Counted from the first letter of the whole stretch, positions 46,001 through 58,070 are shown. The stretch is 63,595 nucleotides of DNA, filler included, from Chrysochromulina tobinii (GCA_001275005.1; 5 parts of 5 records of this genome joined end to end with filler, not necessarily neighbours in it), one strand, 5' to 3'. The notes: generated by a model not told the origin, from the sequence alone. Program-made: numbers and translations.

Positions 46001-48486
46001 ACGAGAAAAGCTGCGACGTTCGCAGCACTGTCGCAACTCGTTGGCCAAAGGATCCCCTGATCGACGAGGGTATGGAAGGGGACATTCTCATTGGCGGCTT
46101 ATCGGTGCGCTTCGCCTGGTCTCTGATTGGTGAGAAGACTCCTGAAACAAAAGAGCTGCGTGTGGTGGGCTCCAACGGCACTTTGGTTGTATTCGGCTTC
46201 CAGGCACCTCAGTTCGGCAATTCGATCACTCTGCACGCGCATGACGGAACAGTGGTGCATCGCCAGTCCTTTGACAAGGCTATTACTACTTATGGCAACC
46301 AGGTGTCACATTTTACAGCCGCGGTGACACGCATTCGCAGTGGAGCAGTTTCCGACGCGGCATCCTTTGTGAACACGGGCGCTGCCTCGGTGCGTCTGAT
46401 GCGGTGCATCGACGCTGTCTACACGAGTGCGGGTATGCAACCAAGAGCCGGGCTGATTGAGCGGCCGCCACCAAGGGCATGCGCTAGCATAGCACGCGGA
46501 GCACCCGTGCACACTACTGCTGCATGTGATCAAGCCGAAGCTAGCCTACTTGGATCTGCCGGCAACGAGGGTGCAAAGAGTGGGATCAATTTCACCACTG
46601 CACTCACGGTGCGTACGCCTGTGTCCACCGACGGTGGTGCGCAGCTGCGCGCCATTTTGTACACAAGTGGTGCGGCATTAGTCAAACATGCTTTGTCAGC
46701 CGCGCAGCTCCAGCGCATCTTTGCGGCGATCGAAAAGCAAGGTCGGTGGCGCCTGCCGCCACTTGATAAAAGGAACGGGGTTGAAAATCAGCCTCGCCGC
46801 CTGAAAGCAGTGCTGAGCTCGTCGACAGGCTCATCGTCGCTCTCACCCCCGGAGCTTCTGTCAAGCGTGTTTGAGCCTATCTACGCACTGGCAGAGGCGG
46901 CCCTGTCTGGTGCGGTTGATAGTGGAGCAATACTCAAGCTGGCACGCCGACGCTTGCACAGGGATGAAGACACTACTTCCGACTCAATACTGGAGGAGGT
47001 CCACCTTAACTCGGCGCTCTCTGATAGCAAGCACCAAAATCCGCACTATGACCAAGCCTATAATGATCCTCATCTGCTTCTGACGATAGATATCCCGTTA
47101 GTTGAAGTCACTGATGAACTTGGTCCGCTTGAAGTGTGGCCAGGTACCCAAGGCATCCCCCTCGAGCAGCTCTTCAGTAGATCAACAATCAAGGCGCTGC
47201 GTTCTGCGGGTGGCGGCTCTCTGCAGTACAGAGCATGCTGGTGCGAGGTGAATCACGTGTTGGGTCGGAACTTTCCAAGCGTCCGGCTCCTCTCTGGCAT
47301 TGGGGACGCAGTAGTGCGCTTTCCTTCCACGTGGCACCGTGGCACACCGAATCGTCACCCTTCCCAGGTACGTGATATGGTGACCTTTGTATGGCGCCTC
47401 GCAAGACCAGCTGCTGTACCCGTTTGGTTGAAGTTACGGAAAGAGACTCCGCCAAGCTTGCCGCATGGACGCAACTTGAAGCTTGCCGCATGGCCGCATG
47501 GACCAAGCTTGCCGCATGGACGCAACTTGAAGCTTGCCGCATGGCCGCATGGACCAAGCTTGCCGCATGGAAGCGTAACAAGCCGCCCAAGCCCTCAGCT
47601 TGTGGCCGGCTGGCGCGTAACTGAAGCGGAATGGTCGGCAGCACAGGAGAAAGTAGCCCACATTTTAAGAGACGTGCCGCTGAAGCATCGCGAGCGTTGC
47701 GAACGGGTGCTGCGGAATCTGCCGGATGCTGGTTTTGCGCAAGCATGGCAGGATCACTTCCTCTATCGTAATTTCTTCGCAGGGATGGTGGCCGAGTCAC
47801 AAAAGGGCTTATATATCGACATCGGCACAAATGATGCAATCAAAATATCGAACACTGCTTTCTTTGACGTATGTCTTGGCTGGACAGGCGTGTGCTTTGA
47901 GCCGCAGGCAATTTACCACGAGCGTATCCGCTCGGAGCGCAGTTGTCACTTGGTGCCTTCCTGCGTGATGGGCAGACCAACGAAAATGATTGCGACCGGC
48001 TCTGGTGGTCTTTTGACTCTGAGACCAAGCACTGTGGTGAAGGGTGGAGGCAGCGAGATTCAATGCGTCGGCTTGCGTGAATCTCTTGTCAAGTTGAAGC
48101 TAGAAATGCGCCGAGTCGACCTGATCAGCATTGACATTGAGGGCAACGAACCTAGCGTACTCAAGTGCTTACCATGGGGGAAACTCGATGTCCGAGCTGT
48201 TCTCATCGAGACCAACAAGTATCGTGACCTACGGCCGGTGGACATGTTTTTCTCTGCTCACGGCTACGTCAACGCAAAGACGTTCCTGTACAAAGCATAT
48301 AAAGATCTTTCTGGCTCTTGGTTAGACAACTTGTACGTGAAGATGCCAGGCGGAGCTCCCCTTGTTCAGCCTCCTGGTAAGCCTAGGTGCGACCGAGCAG
48401 ATTTAGCGTTCAACCCTGATTGCGATCAGTGGCGTGAATGGGCACGGCCAGATATATCAGATGGGTGGGGTGCATGCGACTCGTGA
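43040..48486 (+). CDS. Uninterrupted >1800-codon ORF: subtilisin S8 peptidase + nucleotide-translocase (TLC/MFS)-like fragment + Gfo/Idh/MocA oxidoreductase + PhyH dioxygenase + FkbM methyltransferase (5'-truncated; may be two units split at ATG 45298)
   Basis: S8: WGLDRID, LDTG, HGTH, VAAGN, SGTSMATP. TLC-like: KPAKEGLY...KP....VYRAG. Gfo: DGVYIALPTSLHFEW...GKHVLLEKP. PhyH: QNPHYD, GPLEVWPGT, WHRGTPN. FkbM: YIDIGTND...SNT.FFD..LGW.G..FEP, ISIDIEGNE. Confidence 0.75.
47452..47571 (+). repeat. 51-nt in-frame tandem repeat (PSLPHGRNLKLAAWPHG), about 2.3 copies
   Basis: Units start at 47452, 47503 and 47554, in the PhyH-FkbM linker. Confidence 0.85.
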
Positions 48487-48589
48487 TTATTGCAGATGGG
48501 TGGGATGCATGCTACTTGTGATTCTTGCAGATGGGTGGGGTGCATGCGACTCGTGATTATTGCAGATGGGTGGGGTGCATGCGACTCGT
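48459..48589 (+). repeat. ~35-nt tandem repeat copying the last codons and stop of the upstream ORF (about 4 copies)
   Basis: CAGATGGGTGGGGTGCATGCGACTCGTGATTATTG repeated with variants. Confidence 0.85.
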
Positions 48590-49473
48590 GCTCATGCTCG
48601 TGCTTGTGTGTCTGAGACATAGGGTGGGGTAGGGTAAACGACTATCCCCACCACCTGATTTTGAACTCAATGATAACCCAAGGGGTAGGGGGAGGTATTC
48701 TTTCTGGATTCTACCATGGGATTCACACACTCGATCCCCACCTCACCTGATTTTGCAAAATTTTGAACTCAGCCGTCAGCGCGCTTCGCACTTCCCCTCC
48801 GGAAAAGGCTAATAGCCTAAGGCTTACCGAAAAGGGGGGTTCGAGGGTTGGCGGGGGGGTAAGGTGTAGTCAGATGAACCCCGAGCCGTATTGGCCGTTA
48901 TACGCTTGTGGGCCGGTGGCGCGTAGGGGGGGATCAACGGACCACCCTGTCCCTGACCCTCTGCCAAGGCCCAAGGGGGGAGTTCGCTAGGCCCGCCCGA
49001 AGGTGGCCCGCCTCGTTAGGTTATAGGTACGGTCCGGTGAGACAAAAGAAAACTTTTCTACAGTGGACAGTCGAGGCAGGCAGGAGCGGTGCAGGCCCCC
49101 GTGGGGGCATCCCTTCCGGGGCAAGGCAACCTCCCCGACCGAGCTTGCCTCCCACACAGCAACTTCTCCGGAGCCATGCGCATTTCGACATACACCGCAC
49201 ACCCGCGCGGACCTCGACGCGCCGCTCAGACCACACACCATGCCACACACCCTGCCACGCGCGGCGACTCCGATGGTGGACAATCTAGAATCTTCAATCA
49301 CACCGTTCTTGGTGGTCCTCATGCAGACCTCTTTCGAGGAGGCGCGTCGTTTACGTTTGGACACGCAAGTGGACAAATGCACCTGTTATAGTGTAACGGC
49401 CGAAGCGCAGCCGTCCGACCTTCGCCCGGTCAGCCCGTCAGGTGTGAATTCGGCCCAGCTGTGAATCGCCTGG

Positions 49474-50766
49474 TCAGCCCGTCAGGGCCGATTTGTGCCA
49501 GAAGGCCATGGGATCAATGGTGTGGAAAGGGGGAGAGCCTCGCTGGTGAGAAGACCACATGGGGGAAGTGATATTCATGTTGCGGCGGTACGTCAGGATG
49601 GCTGCGCGCGACTGCAAGAACTTCCAATCATCGAAGACGATGTAACCACCGACTGTGAGAGGCGTGAGAGGCGGGTATACATGTAGAGGGCGCGTCACCC
49701 ATTTCAGGAGGTAGGGTTGTTAGTTAGGGTGAGCACAGGGTGGGCATTAGGGTGAGCATGCACCCACCTGAGAGGCGAGGGTAGAGGGCGTCAAGCGTCT
49801 CATAGATCGACACGAACATATCCGAGTCCGCGCGGATGAGTGCGAACGAGCTGCCCGGTGGTATCGTGTGGAGCGTCTCGTTGAAGAAGCCAGGCAGGAA
49901 CCTGACCTGACGAAGCACGTCACCCTCTGCGCCCTTCTCCTCGAAGCCTCCGTGCACTTTCCCGCCCTCTGGCGTACCTGCGGAAGGAGAGGGGCGCGCG
50001 CCGTGGTGGGCACTTGCATGCACGGCCCTTTTGTGTTGCTCTTCCCACAGCTCTCTGTCGTACCCATGGCTGGGAACGGCTGGTGAGTTGGGCTGCTGAG
50101 GCACGTCGACATGCGCTTCTTCACAGCGTCGAGGGGGCTGGCAAACTTGCCAGGTGTCCAATCGCGTGCCCCCGCGTACTCAAACTTGGCGGCTCGGGCG
50201 ATGCTCTCCATGTTGGTGCCTGCCCTGTTACCGCCGTCGCGCTCTGCGAACTGTCGGATGTATGCTTTCGAGGGCGGCAGGCCTCCGAAACTATCAGCGA
50301 GCCACATCTGACGAACCCGCTCGCGTGGTGCGTGGGCCGTGGCGCCCCGAAGCGTGTAGAATGCATGCAGCAGGGCCTCCATGTGCACCGAAATACCGCC
50401 CTTGTAGACCCCAGCTTCGATGAAGTCGCCTGCGATGCCGTTGTGCAGCACGTCCCAAGCAAGAGGCTCCAGCATCGTGGCACGGCGCCAGCAGTCCCAC
50501 TGGCATGCGGCTTCAGGGTCGCCTCTGTTGCTGGTCGGGAACGCTTTCGCACGGCCTATGACGCACGCCTTCGACGCATTGAGGAAGGCAAGCTGCTCTT
50601 CCGTCCACTGCTGCTGCTGGGCAAGGCGAGAAAGCTCTGAAACCTCCTCTGCGGACTGGCTCGCCAGCGGGTCATACATTGGAAGATGCGCCTTGATGCG
50701 TTGGTCAGGCGTGACTGACTTGCACACCAGGATAACTGCATGCATGTGCAGCACGTGCAGCCGCAT
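49474..50766 (-). CDS. TylF/MycF (macrocin O-methyltransferase) family protein; 3 exons
   Basis: GIAGDFIEAGVYKGG, WLADSFGGLP, VRFLPGFFNETL, ALIRADSDMFVS and LYPRLS|VGGYIVFDDW. Exons 50766-50064, 49977-49768 and 49652-49474 total 364 codons. Confidence 0.9.
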
Positions 50767-51623
50767 CGTGCTGGGTTGATCTGCCCAGCCTAGCGGTCCG
50801 GCGCTACAAACCGCTTCTTCCAAGACCACACACAGAAATTCCTATCGACTGATTCCTATCCGTTATTTTCGCTTTTCACGTGCGATGCATGCGAGGGCGT
50901 GATTTCCGCCAACAGACAGGATCCTCCTGCGAAAGATGGCGAAACATGGCGACGCTGCAAATACGAAACCGGTCACCACCGCGCACACCGCGCGACATCC
51001 GATTGAGACGAGACGGAGAGGCGGGAAGGCGGGGCGTAGCCGGTACGCATGCCGGTTCGGCAATGACGTGAGACCATTTGATTAAATTTGAGCATGTGAC
51101 GCATGCGTGGTCGACACATCGGCCTTCGGCTTGGCCGTATCGCGTATGGGCATTGCCCAATTATCCCCTCGCCCTGGCCTCGCCATTCCCGATTCAGCAT
51201 TCACGCATCACGGGGTCGACGTCTCGAGTGTCGAGATTTCGTTAATATCAAATATGGTTTTTTCACACAAGTCTTTGCAGATTGCACACTCATGCGTTGC
51301 ATCATGCATGCCGTACGCCAGGCTGGGCGGGGGGATACATCTCGTCACTCTCCAAATCGCTAATCGCATGGCGGGCTCATTATAAACGCAAGACGCGGCT
51401 CTGGACGCTGCCTTGCTGTCAGCTGTCTGAATCAATCAATCATTTGGTTTTGGGCTACTGCCGCATTCTGCCGCCCCGCGTGCGCAGTTCTCGCTCACAA
51501 CGTGCCGGCTGGTAGCAATGGCTCCGGTGCCTCACGGCGAGCGCTCGTGTCGAGCGGTGACTGACGGCATGAGCATGCGTGTACCTCTCCCGTGCATGAA
51601 ATCGAGCAACGGCTCGCACCAGT

Positions 51624-51779
51624 TTAGGATGGTTAGAGCAGCTCGAGCTCGCGATCTCCCCATTAGGATGGTTAGAGCAGCTCGAGCTCGCGATCTCCCC
51701 ATTAGGATGGTTAGAGCAGCTCGAGCTCGCGATCTCCCCATTAGGATGGTTAGAGCAGCTCGAGCTCGCGATCTCCCCA
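51624..51779. repeat. 39-nt exact tandem repeat x4 spanning the DGAT-like gene stop codon
   Basis: TTAGGATGGTTAGAGCAGCTCGAGCTCGCGATCTCCCCA at 51624, 51663, 51702 and 51741. Confidence 0.93.
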
Positions 51780-53495
51780 ACCAAATGCGACCTTTTGGGA
51801 GTCAAACGTGGCCACCATCTCGTCGCACAGCTTTGCATGCAGCGCGTCAATCTCGGCGTCGCTCGGGCATTTGCACGCCTCGCCTACCTCGATCGGCCGG
51901 CCGAGGACCACGGTGATCGCCGCCCGGCGCGGCACGGGAGGCAGCCCGGGGCCAAACCGCCCATACGGGAGAATGAGCGAGATTTTGAGCGTGCGCGAGA
52001 TCCATTCGCCAGCCGTGCCGAGCAGGTTGCGCAGGGGGCGTCGGGACACGAAGAACCAGCAGGGCACCAGCGGGACGCCGTGCGCCTTGGCCAGCTTCGT
52101 CAATCCCTTGCGCTTCCGAATGATGACGGCGGGAGAGGCATGGGATCGCGCCGCGTCCGTGAAGATGCCTGCAATGCCGTCGATGGCCACTCCGGTCGGG
52201 TACCTGATGCGGGATGCAATCAGAGGTCATCAGCATGCAATCAGCATGCAATGCCGTCGATGGCCACTCCGGTCGGGTACCTGATGCGGGATGCAATCAG
52301 AGGTCATCAGAGGCCACCAGAGGCCATCAAAGGTTATCCGAGGTTATTCAGAGGTTATTCAGAGGTCATCAGGGGCCATCAGAGGTTATCAGGGGCCATC
52401 AGAGGTCATCAGCGCACCCATTCGAGAGCAGTGTCGAGAGGACGTCGCGATCGGCAGGCACACACCCAATGCCATAGAAGATCTGGGAGGCGAGATTGGG
52501 GCGAGATTGGGGGGATTGGTGAGTCACCACAGACGCGGGACTGACGAAGCGCGATCGGCTAGACTTCTATATTAGGGACGGCGAGTCACCTGGCGCCAGA
52601 TTGGGAGGCGAGTCACTACCGACGCGACGCCCGCCCGCCCATGGCAGCGCGAGGTCAAGTAGGGCGAGAGCTGCCACAGGAGCCCGCCGATCGGGAAGAG
52701 CGAATGCGGTGCGCACACGTGGATGTACCTGAGGGACGGAGGCGGCGCCGTGCTGAGCACTTGCATGCCAGGCAGGTCATCAGTGGCAATCCACACACAG
52801 CTGAACGGCGCTGTGCTGAGCACTTGCATGCCAGGCAGGTCATCAGTGGCAATCCACACGTACGGTCGATCGGCGACGAACTTGTTCTCCGGGGCGAAGA
52901 CGACCCGGAACGAGAAGTAGCGGTACATCGCGCGCAGCACGAAGTTGTGCTTCAGGCCGGCGCGGGGGGCGGGCGCCCAGATCGTGAGCGCCGCGACGAG
53001 CGCCAGCGCCAGCGAGGGGAAGTAGACCCACCCGACCACGGCCCAGGAAAGCAGGGCGAGGAACACCGCGACCGGTGCAAAGGCCGGCCCTGAAAAGAAG
53101 AGGGCAAGGGCCACAATGCACACGAGCTCCTCCCACCAACCCATCGGTGCCTCGGTGGCCAGCGCGCCTGGCTCGAAGGCTCCGTCGGCGGCTTTGCGCG
53201 CGATCCCGGCCACCAGCGCGGCGTGGCTCTCCTCAGAGATGGCGGGATCACCAACTTCGGCCGGAAGTCGCCACATCTCCAGCACGGAGCACTCGGACGG
53301 GAGCCGAGCGATGAAGTCATCTGGACGTTTCCAAGTATTGCGAACGCGAAGCCCATCGGCGGAGAAGTTGGACAGGGAATTGTAGGAAGCGTCCCTCGAC
53401 AGAGGACTCGTTGGTGGGGTCTGCAGATCGCGCAGCTCGTCGGAAGTGGTCGGAGTCGTTTCGACGTTCAGCGTGTTGCGCCCGCCGCTGCCCAT
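51750..53495 (-). CDS. Diacylglycerol/monoacylglycerol acyltransferase (DGAT2/MGAT family); 4 exons
   Basis: RYFSFRVV, YIHVCAPHSLFPIG, ASVVTRLPIWRQ, DGIAGIF, RKGLTKLAKAHGVPLVP, VVLGRPI and IDALHAK. Exons 53495-52864, 52728-52590, 52482-52418 and 52203-51750 total 430 codons. Confidence 0.88.
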
Positions 53496-53972
53496 TTCGT
53501 TGTGAGTGCTCCCCGCTAAAAAGGCAGCGCCGCTGCAGACGACTGGCGTCGGTGTTCGCAAAGATCCAGCATCCGGACGACCAGGAGGGAATCGGCCGGA
53601 CGCTTCGGAGAATCTCTGCTCGAGTTCGCGAGCAAACTCAGAACAACCGAGAACAACCGATAAACTTGGTCGCGAAGGAGGTAAGTGCGGTCATCAAACT
53701 TCTCACAAAGGCAGCCTGGTTTGAGCGCGACATCCCAAGATCAACGTGCCAAGATCAACGATCCGGTCGACAAACTACTTCTTAATAACATACGTTCTGG
53801 CCGCGAGGTTCTTTGTGCCGTGTGTGTCCCGTGTGTGTCCCGGCTCCCCCCGGTGTCTTTGAACCGGCACGGAGATTGGTCTCTTTGGAACGTCCCCGAA
53901 ATTTTGTTTGCTTGAACTCATCACACTTCCAACCAGTCGCTTCCAACGCGTCTCAAAATTCGTGGACCTGAA

Positions 53973-56900
53973 ATGTCGGACGACCTTGCTTTGCCGTCCG
54001 CCCGCGCGCTGGCAACGTCGCTGCTCTCGGCGGCCTTCGCGGCCGAGGGCGGCCCGCCGAGCCAGCTCTCCGAGGAGGACTTTCTTGCGGCCGAGGCCTC
54101 GGTCATCGAATGCCCGCCGTCCCCGCTCGAGTGCTGCCTTCGCGTGCACCGCCGGTGCGTCTTCGACGCGGTCAACGAGGCGCTCGACGAGCTCTCTCAG
54201 CCGCCGCCAACGCCGCGCGGGCTGTCGCTCGCCACACGCTCCGCCAACGGCGCGAAGCCCGCCTCCCGGTCGAGCAGCATCGCCTCGCTCCTGGCGGCCG
54301 CACACGAGCAGCGCATCTCGACGCTCGACTGCGAGGCGTGGACGCAGCGCGTGCTCGCGTTGATGCCCGAGCCGTCGGCGCCGCCGGTGGGGCTCGCGGT
54401 GGTACCGGACGACATCGGCGCCACCACACGGCGCGTGTGGAAGCAGCTCCTGCCCGAGTGGAGCGACTTTGGCGAGGACGAGATGGCTCTCGCCCGCTCT
54501 GAGGTTCGCTCGGATGAGAGTGCTTGATGACCTCTGATGGCCTCTGATGACCTCTGATGACGAGATGGCGCTCGCCCGCTCTGAGATTCGCTCGGATGAG
54601 AGTGCTTGATGACCTCTGATGACCTCTGATGACGTATGATTGCCTCCCTCATCAGGTGCGCTCGGCTGAGAGTGCGGCGGAGCTGCGCGAGCTGCGCGCG
54701 AAGCGCGCGGCGGAGTTGTTTTGGGAGGGGCGCGAGGCGCTCTTGCTCTCCGACGACGAGCTGCATGGCGTGCTCTGGGATGCGCTGTGTCAGTACGTGT
54801 CCCCTCCGTGGCCGGCCGAGGGGCTTGGCGACTCGGATAGCGACCCCCACGGCGAGGTGGGACGCAAGCTGCCGAAGCCGAAGCCGAAGCCGAAGAAGAA
54901 GAAGAAGAAGGAGGAGGAGGACGACGAGGGGCAGGGCGAGGAGGAGGGCGAGGAGGAGGAGGAGGAGGAGGAGCCCGAGGAGGAGGAGGTCGTCGGGGCG
55001 CGCGATCGGCATGCGCGCATCCATTACGAAGACTACCTGCTGGTATGCTGATGGCCCTGATGGCATCTTCAGTCAAGACCTGCCTGATGACGTGCCTGAT
55101 GACGTGCCTGATGACGTGCCTGATGACGTGCCTGATGGCGTCTGAGGACATGCCTGGTGACCTCCCTGATCGCCTCTCATCGCGTGCGCTCCTCTCGCCT
55201 CTCTGCTGCAGGCGCTGAGTGAGCTCGATCGTCGCAAGGTGGCACCACTGCGATCGGCGCGCCTCTTCCTCTCCCTGCGACTAGACGCGTATGGTCGCGC
55301 ATCCATCCGGTCGCTCTACGCGCTCGCGTGCTCGCTCACGCAGCTACTGACGACCCGCATTCAGCTCGCGATGCTCGAGGATGGGCACGGCCGCCTGTCG
55401 GAGCAGGTATGCCCTTTCGCTCTAGATGGACACTTGATGGACACTTGATGGACTCTTGATGGACTCTTGATGGACTCTTGATGGACTCTTGATGGACTCT
55501 TGATGGACTCTTGATGGACTCTTGATGGACTCTTGATGGACTCTTGATGGACTCTTGATGGACTCTTGATGGACTCTTGATGGACTCTTGATGGACTCTT
55601 GATGGACTCTTGATGGACTCTTGATGGACTCTTGATGGACTCTTGATGGACTCTTGATGGACTCTGCCGGCACATAATCACATTCACACTCGGTCTCTGC
55701 TCACTCGTGCCCTTTTCACACTTGCCATTTTAGGCGCTCGAGACGTTCGTCTCCGAGTCGATCCCGAGGCTCGCCCGGCTGCGTGACCACGTGCACCTGC
55801 AGCAAGGCCACTCCTTTCTGCCCTTCTACGTCGCCCATTGCGTGCGCAAGTTCTGCCTGCTGCTCGAGCCGAAGGACAAGCGTGGGGTCCCTTCCGAGAC
55901 ACTTCTGATCTCGGCGGAGCTCGCCCAGCTATGCGCGCTCGGCGAGGAGTTGCCCGATACGGCAGCTGGCCTGCGGCGCGACAGCCACTCCAGCGAGGAC
56001 ACGCCGCCCCCGAGCAGCTTGGGTGATACGCCGCCCCCGATTTGGTTCTCCCTCCCGTGCCGCCGTGGGTGTGCCGCCGCATGCATGTGCTCACCACGAC
56101 GCCCTCGCCTCCCCACAGGTGATGAGTCGAATTGGTTCTCCCTGGCCTCGGCCATCCGCGTGTACCGCCACTTCCTCGAGCTCGACACGGACCACGACGG
56201 GATGCTCACGCCGGACGAGCTCGCTTCGTATGGCGATGGACTGCTCTCGCTCACACCGGCCTTTGTGAGTAGTGGCCCCTGATCGCGCCCCTGATCGCGC
56301 CCCTGATCTCGCCCCTTTTGAGTGTGGCACTGCCCCTGATGGCCCCTGATGGCCCTTCTCATCAGGTCCCTGATTGTCCCTCTCATCAGGTCCCTGATTG
56401 TCCCTCTCATCAATTCCCCGATTGTCCCTCTCATCAGGTCCCTGATTGTCCCTCTCATCAATTCCCCGATTGTCCCTCTCATCAGGTCGGTCGCCTCTTC
56501 GAAGCCGTCCACACATACGACGGCAAGCTCGACTACAAGGGGTACCTCGACTTCGTCATCGCGCATGAGCACCGCTCCCACCCGGCGGCGCTCGCCTACT
56601 TTTTCCGCTCGCTCGACTTGCATGCGTCGGGCAAGCTCGGCGTCTTCGAGGTCAACTACTTCGTGCGCGACATTGTGCAGGGCCTGATCGACTCGGGAGA
56701 CGAGCCGCCCGGCCTTGGCACGATCGTGGATGAGGTCTTCGATCTCGTCAAGGGGAGATCGCACAAGTCGCGGGGCGCGGGCGCGCTCGAGCGCGGGCGC
56801 GTCGTCTCGGGCGCGATGCCAACGCTCTCGCTCACGGAGTTTGTGCGCTGCGGCGCGGGCTCGATCGTGATGCAGATGCTGATCGACGTGCAGGGGTTCT

Positions 56901-57910
56901 GGAATTGGGACAATCGAGAGTCCTTGATTGAGTACGATGACGACGACCGATACGCGAAGGACGAGCTCGAGGCGGCTCGACGCACCACGATCCTGTTCAG
57001 CCACGCGGCGCACCGGCGCTCCGCGCCCTCGATTGCGGCGCTGCAGGGAGATTCGCCCGAGATGTCGCCGCTGCATGAAGAGCGGCGGTTGCGCGCGGCG
57101 CGCACCATCACCACACTGCTGCTGCGCGTCCAGCGGCTCGACCACTCTCAACGCAACCCGACGCCCGCCGTCAGCCAGGTGTGCCCCCTAATGACCTCTA
57201 ATGACCTCTGATGACCTCTGATGACCTCTGATGACCTCTGATGACCTCTGATGACCTCTGATGACCTCTAATGACCTCTGATGACATCTAATCGCCTCCC
57301 TCATCAGGTGTGCCCCCTGGCGCCGGCGACCAAGCAGCCACCGTACAAGCCTCCGCCCAAGCCGTCGGGCGCGCCCCCGCCGCCGCCGACGACCCTGGCG
57401 GGCTGGAAAAAGTCCGCAGAGCAGCTCGACGAGCCCGCGTCGCCTGTGGGGTCCGACGTGACACCGCCTGGCGCCGTGTATCCTCCCGACGGCCATTTCC
57501 CGCCCGATTACTTTGTCATCCCGCCGTTACCGGCCGACGTCGAAGTCATCTACCCGACGCTTCCACAGGCGCCGCCGCCCAAGACGGCGCCCGCGCCCGC
57601 GCCGGCGCCCGCCACGGCGCTTCCGCCGCCCCTGCCGCCGCCGCCGCCGCCCGTGATGCTGCCTGACTCGCCCCCGAGCATGCCGCCCGACTCGGCGCTC
57701 AGCTCGAACAATCCCCCCCTCTCCGAGAGCACCAAGGAGAAGCCCGAGTCGTCCCGCAGAGCCGCGCCGGAAGGAGCCCGCGCCGTCCCGGGCGGAGGCG
57801 AGCGACGAGGCAGCCTCCCCCGAGGCGCCGGCGCGAGCGTTCACAGCCGGCGCGAGCGTTCACAGCCCCGAGGCGCCGGCGCGAGCGCCTTTGCCGCCGC
57901 CGCCTGCTGA
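53973..57910 (+). CDS. PPP2R3C: PP2A regulatory subunit B'' gamma (PPP2R3C/TON2-like) with N- and C-terminal extensions; 7 exons
   Basis: SFLPFYVAHCVRKF, NWFSLASAIRVYRHFLELDTDHDGML, TYDGKLDYKGYLDFV, PAALAYFF, DEVFDLVK and MLIDVQGFWNWDNRE. Exons 53973-54503, 54656-55042, 55212-55406, 55734-56022, 56119-56264, 56486-57178 and 57308-57910 are in frame (948 codons). Confidence 0.88.
55425..55665 (+). repeat. Intronic 11-nt minisatellite (GATGGACTCTT)n, about 22 copies
   Basis: Directly visible inside intron 55407-55733. Confidence 0.93.
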
Positions 57911-57935
57911 GCCGGCGCCATTGGCGCCGCCGCCG

Positions 57936-57969
<34 letters not shown>

Positions 57970-57970
57970 C

Positions 57971-58070
57971 NNNNNNNNNNNNNNNNNNNNNNNNNNNNNN
58001 NNNNNNNNNNNNNNTTAATTAATTAANNNNNNNNNNNNNNNNNNNNNNNNNNNNNNNNNNNNNNNNNNNN
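57971..58070. other. Artificial contig linker
   Basis: N44-TTAATTAATTAA-N44, preceded by a poly-C run. Confidence 0.97.

Noticed and set aside
51624..51779. 39-bp repeats as a CRISPR array or telomeric repeat
   Set aside because: These are contiguous copies of the DGAT2-like gene end; there are no spacers and they are not a TTAGGG array.
53775..57151. Long minus-strand ORFs with VIRH, HQESIKSPSRV and LMRGTI repeats
   Set aside because: They are antisense translations of PPP2R3C exons and intronic minisatellites.
22728..58070. TTAATTAATTAA motifs as biological sites, and gene neighbourhoods across them
   Set aside because: They are identical 100-nt N-padded linkers, so adjacency across them carries no meaning.
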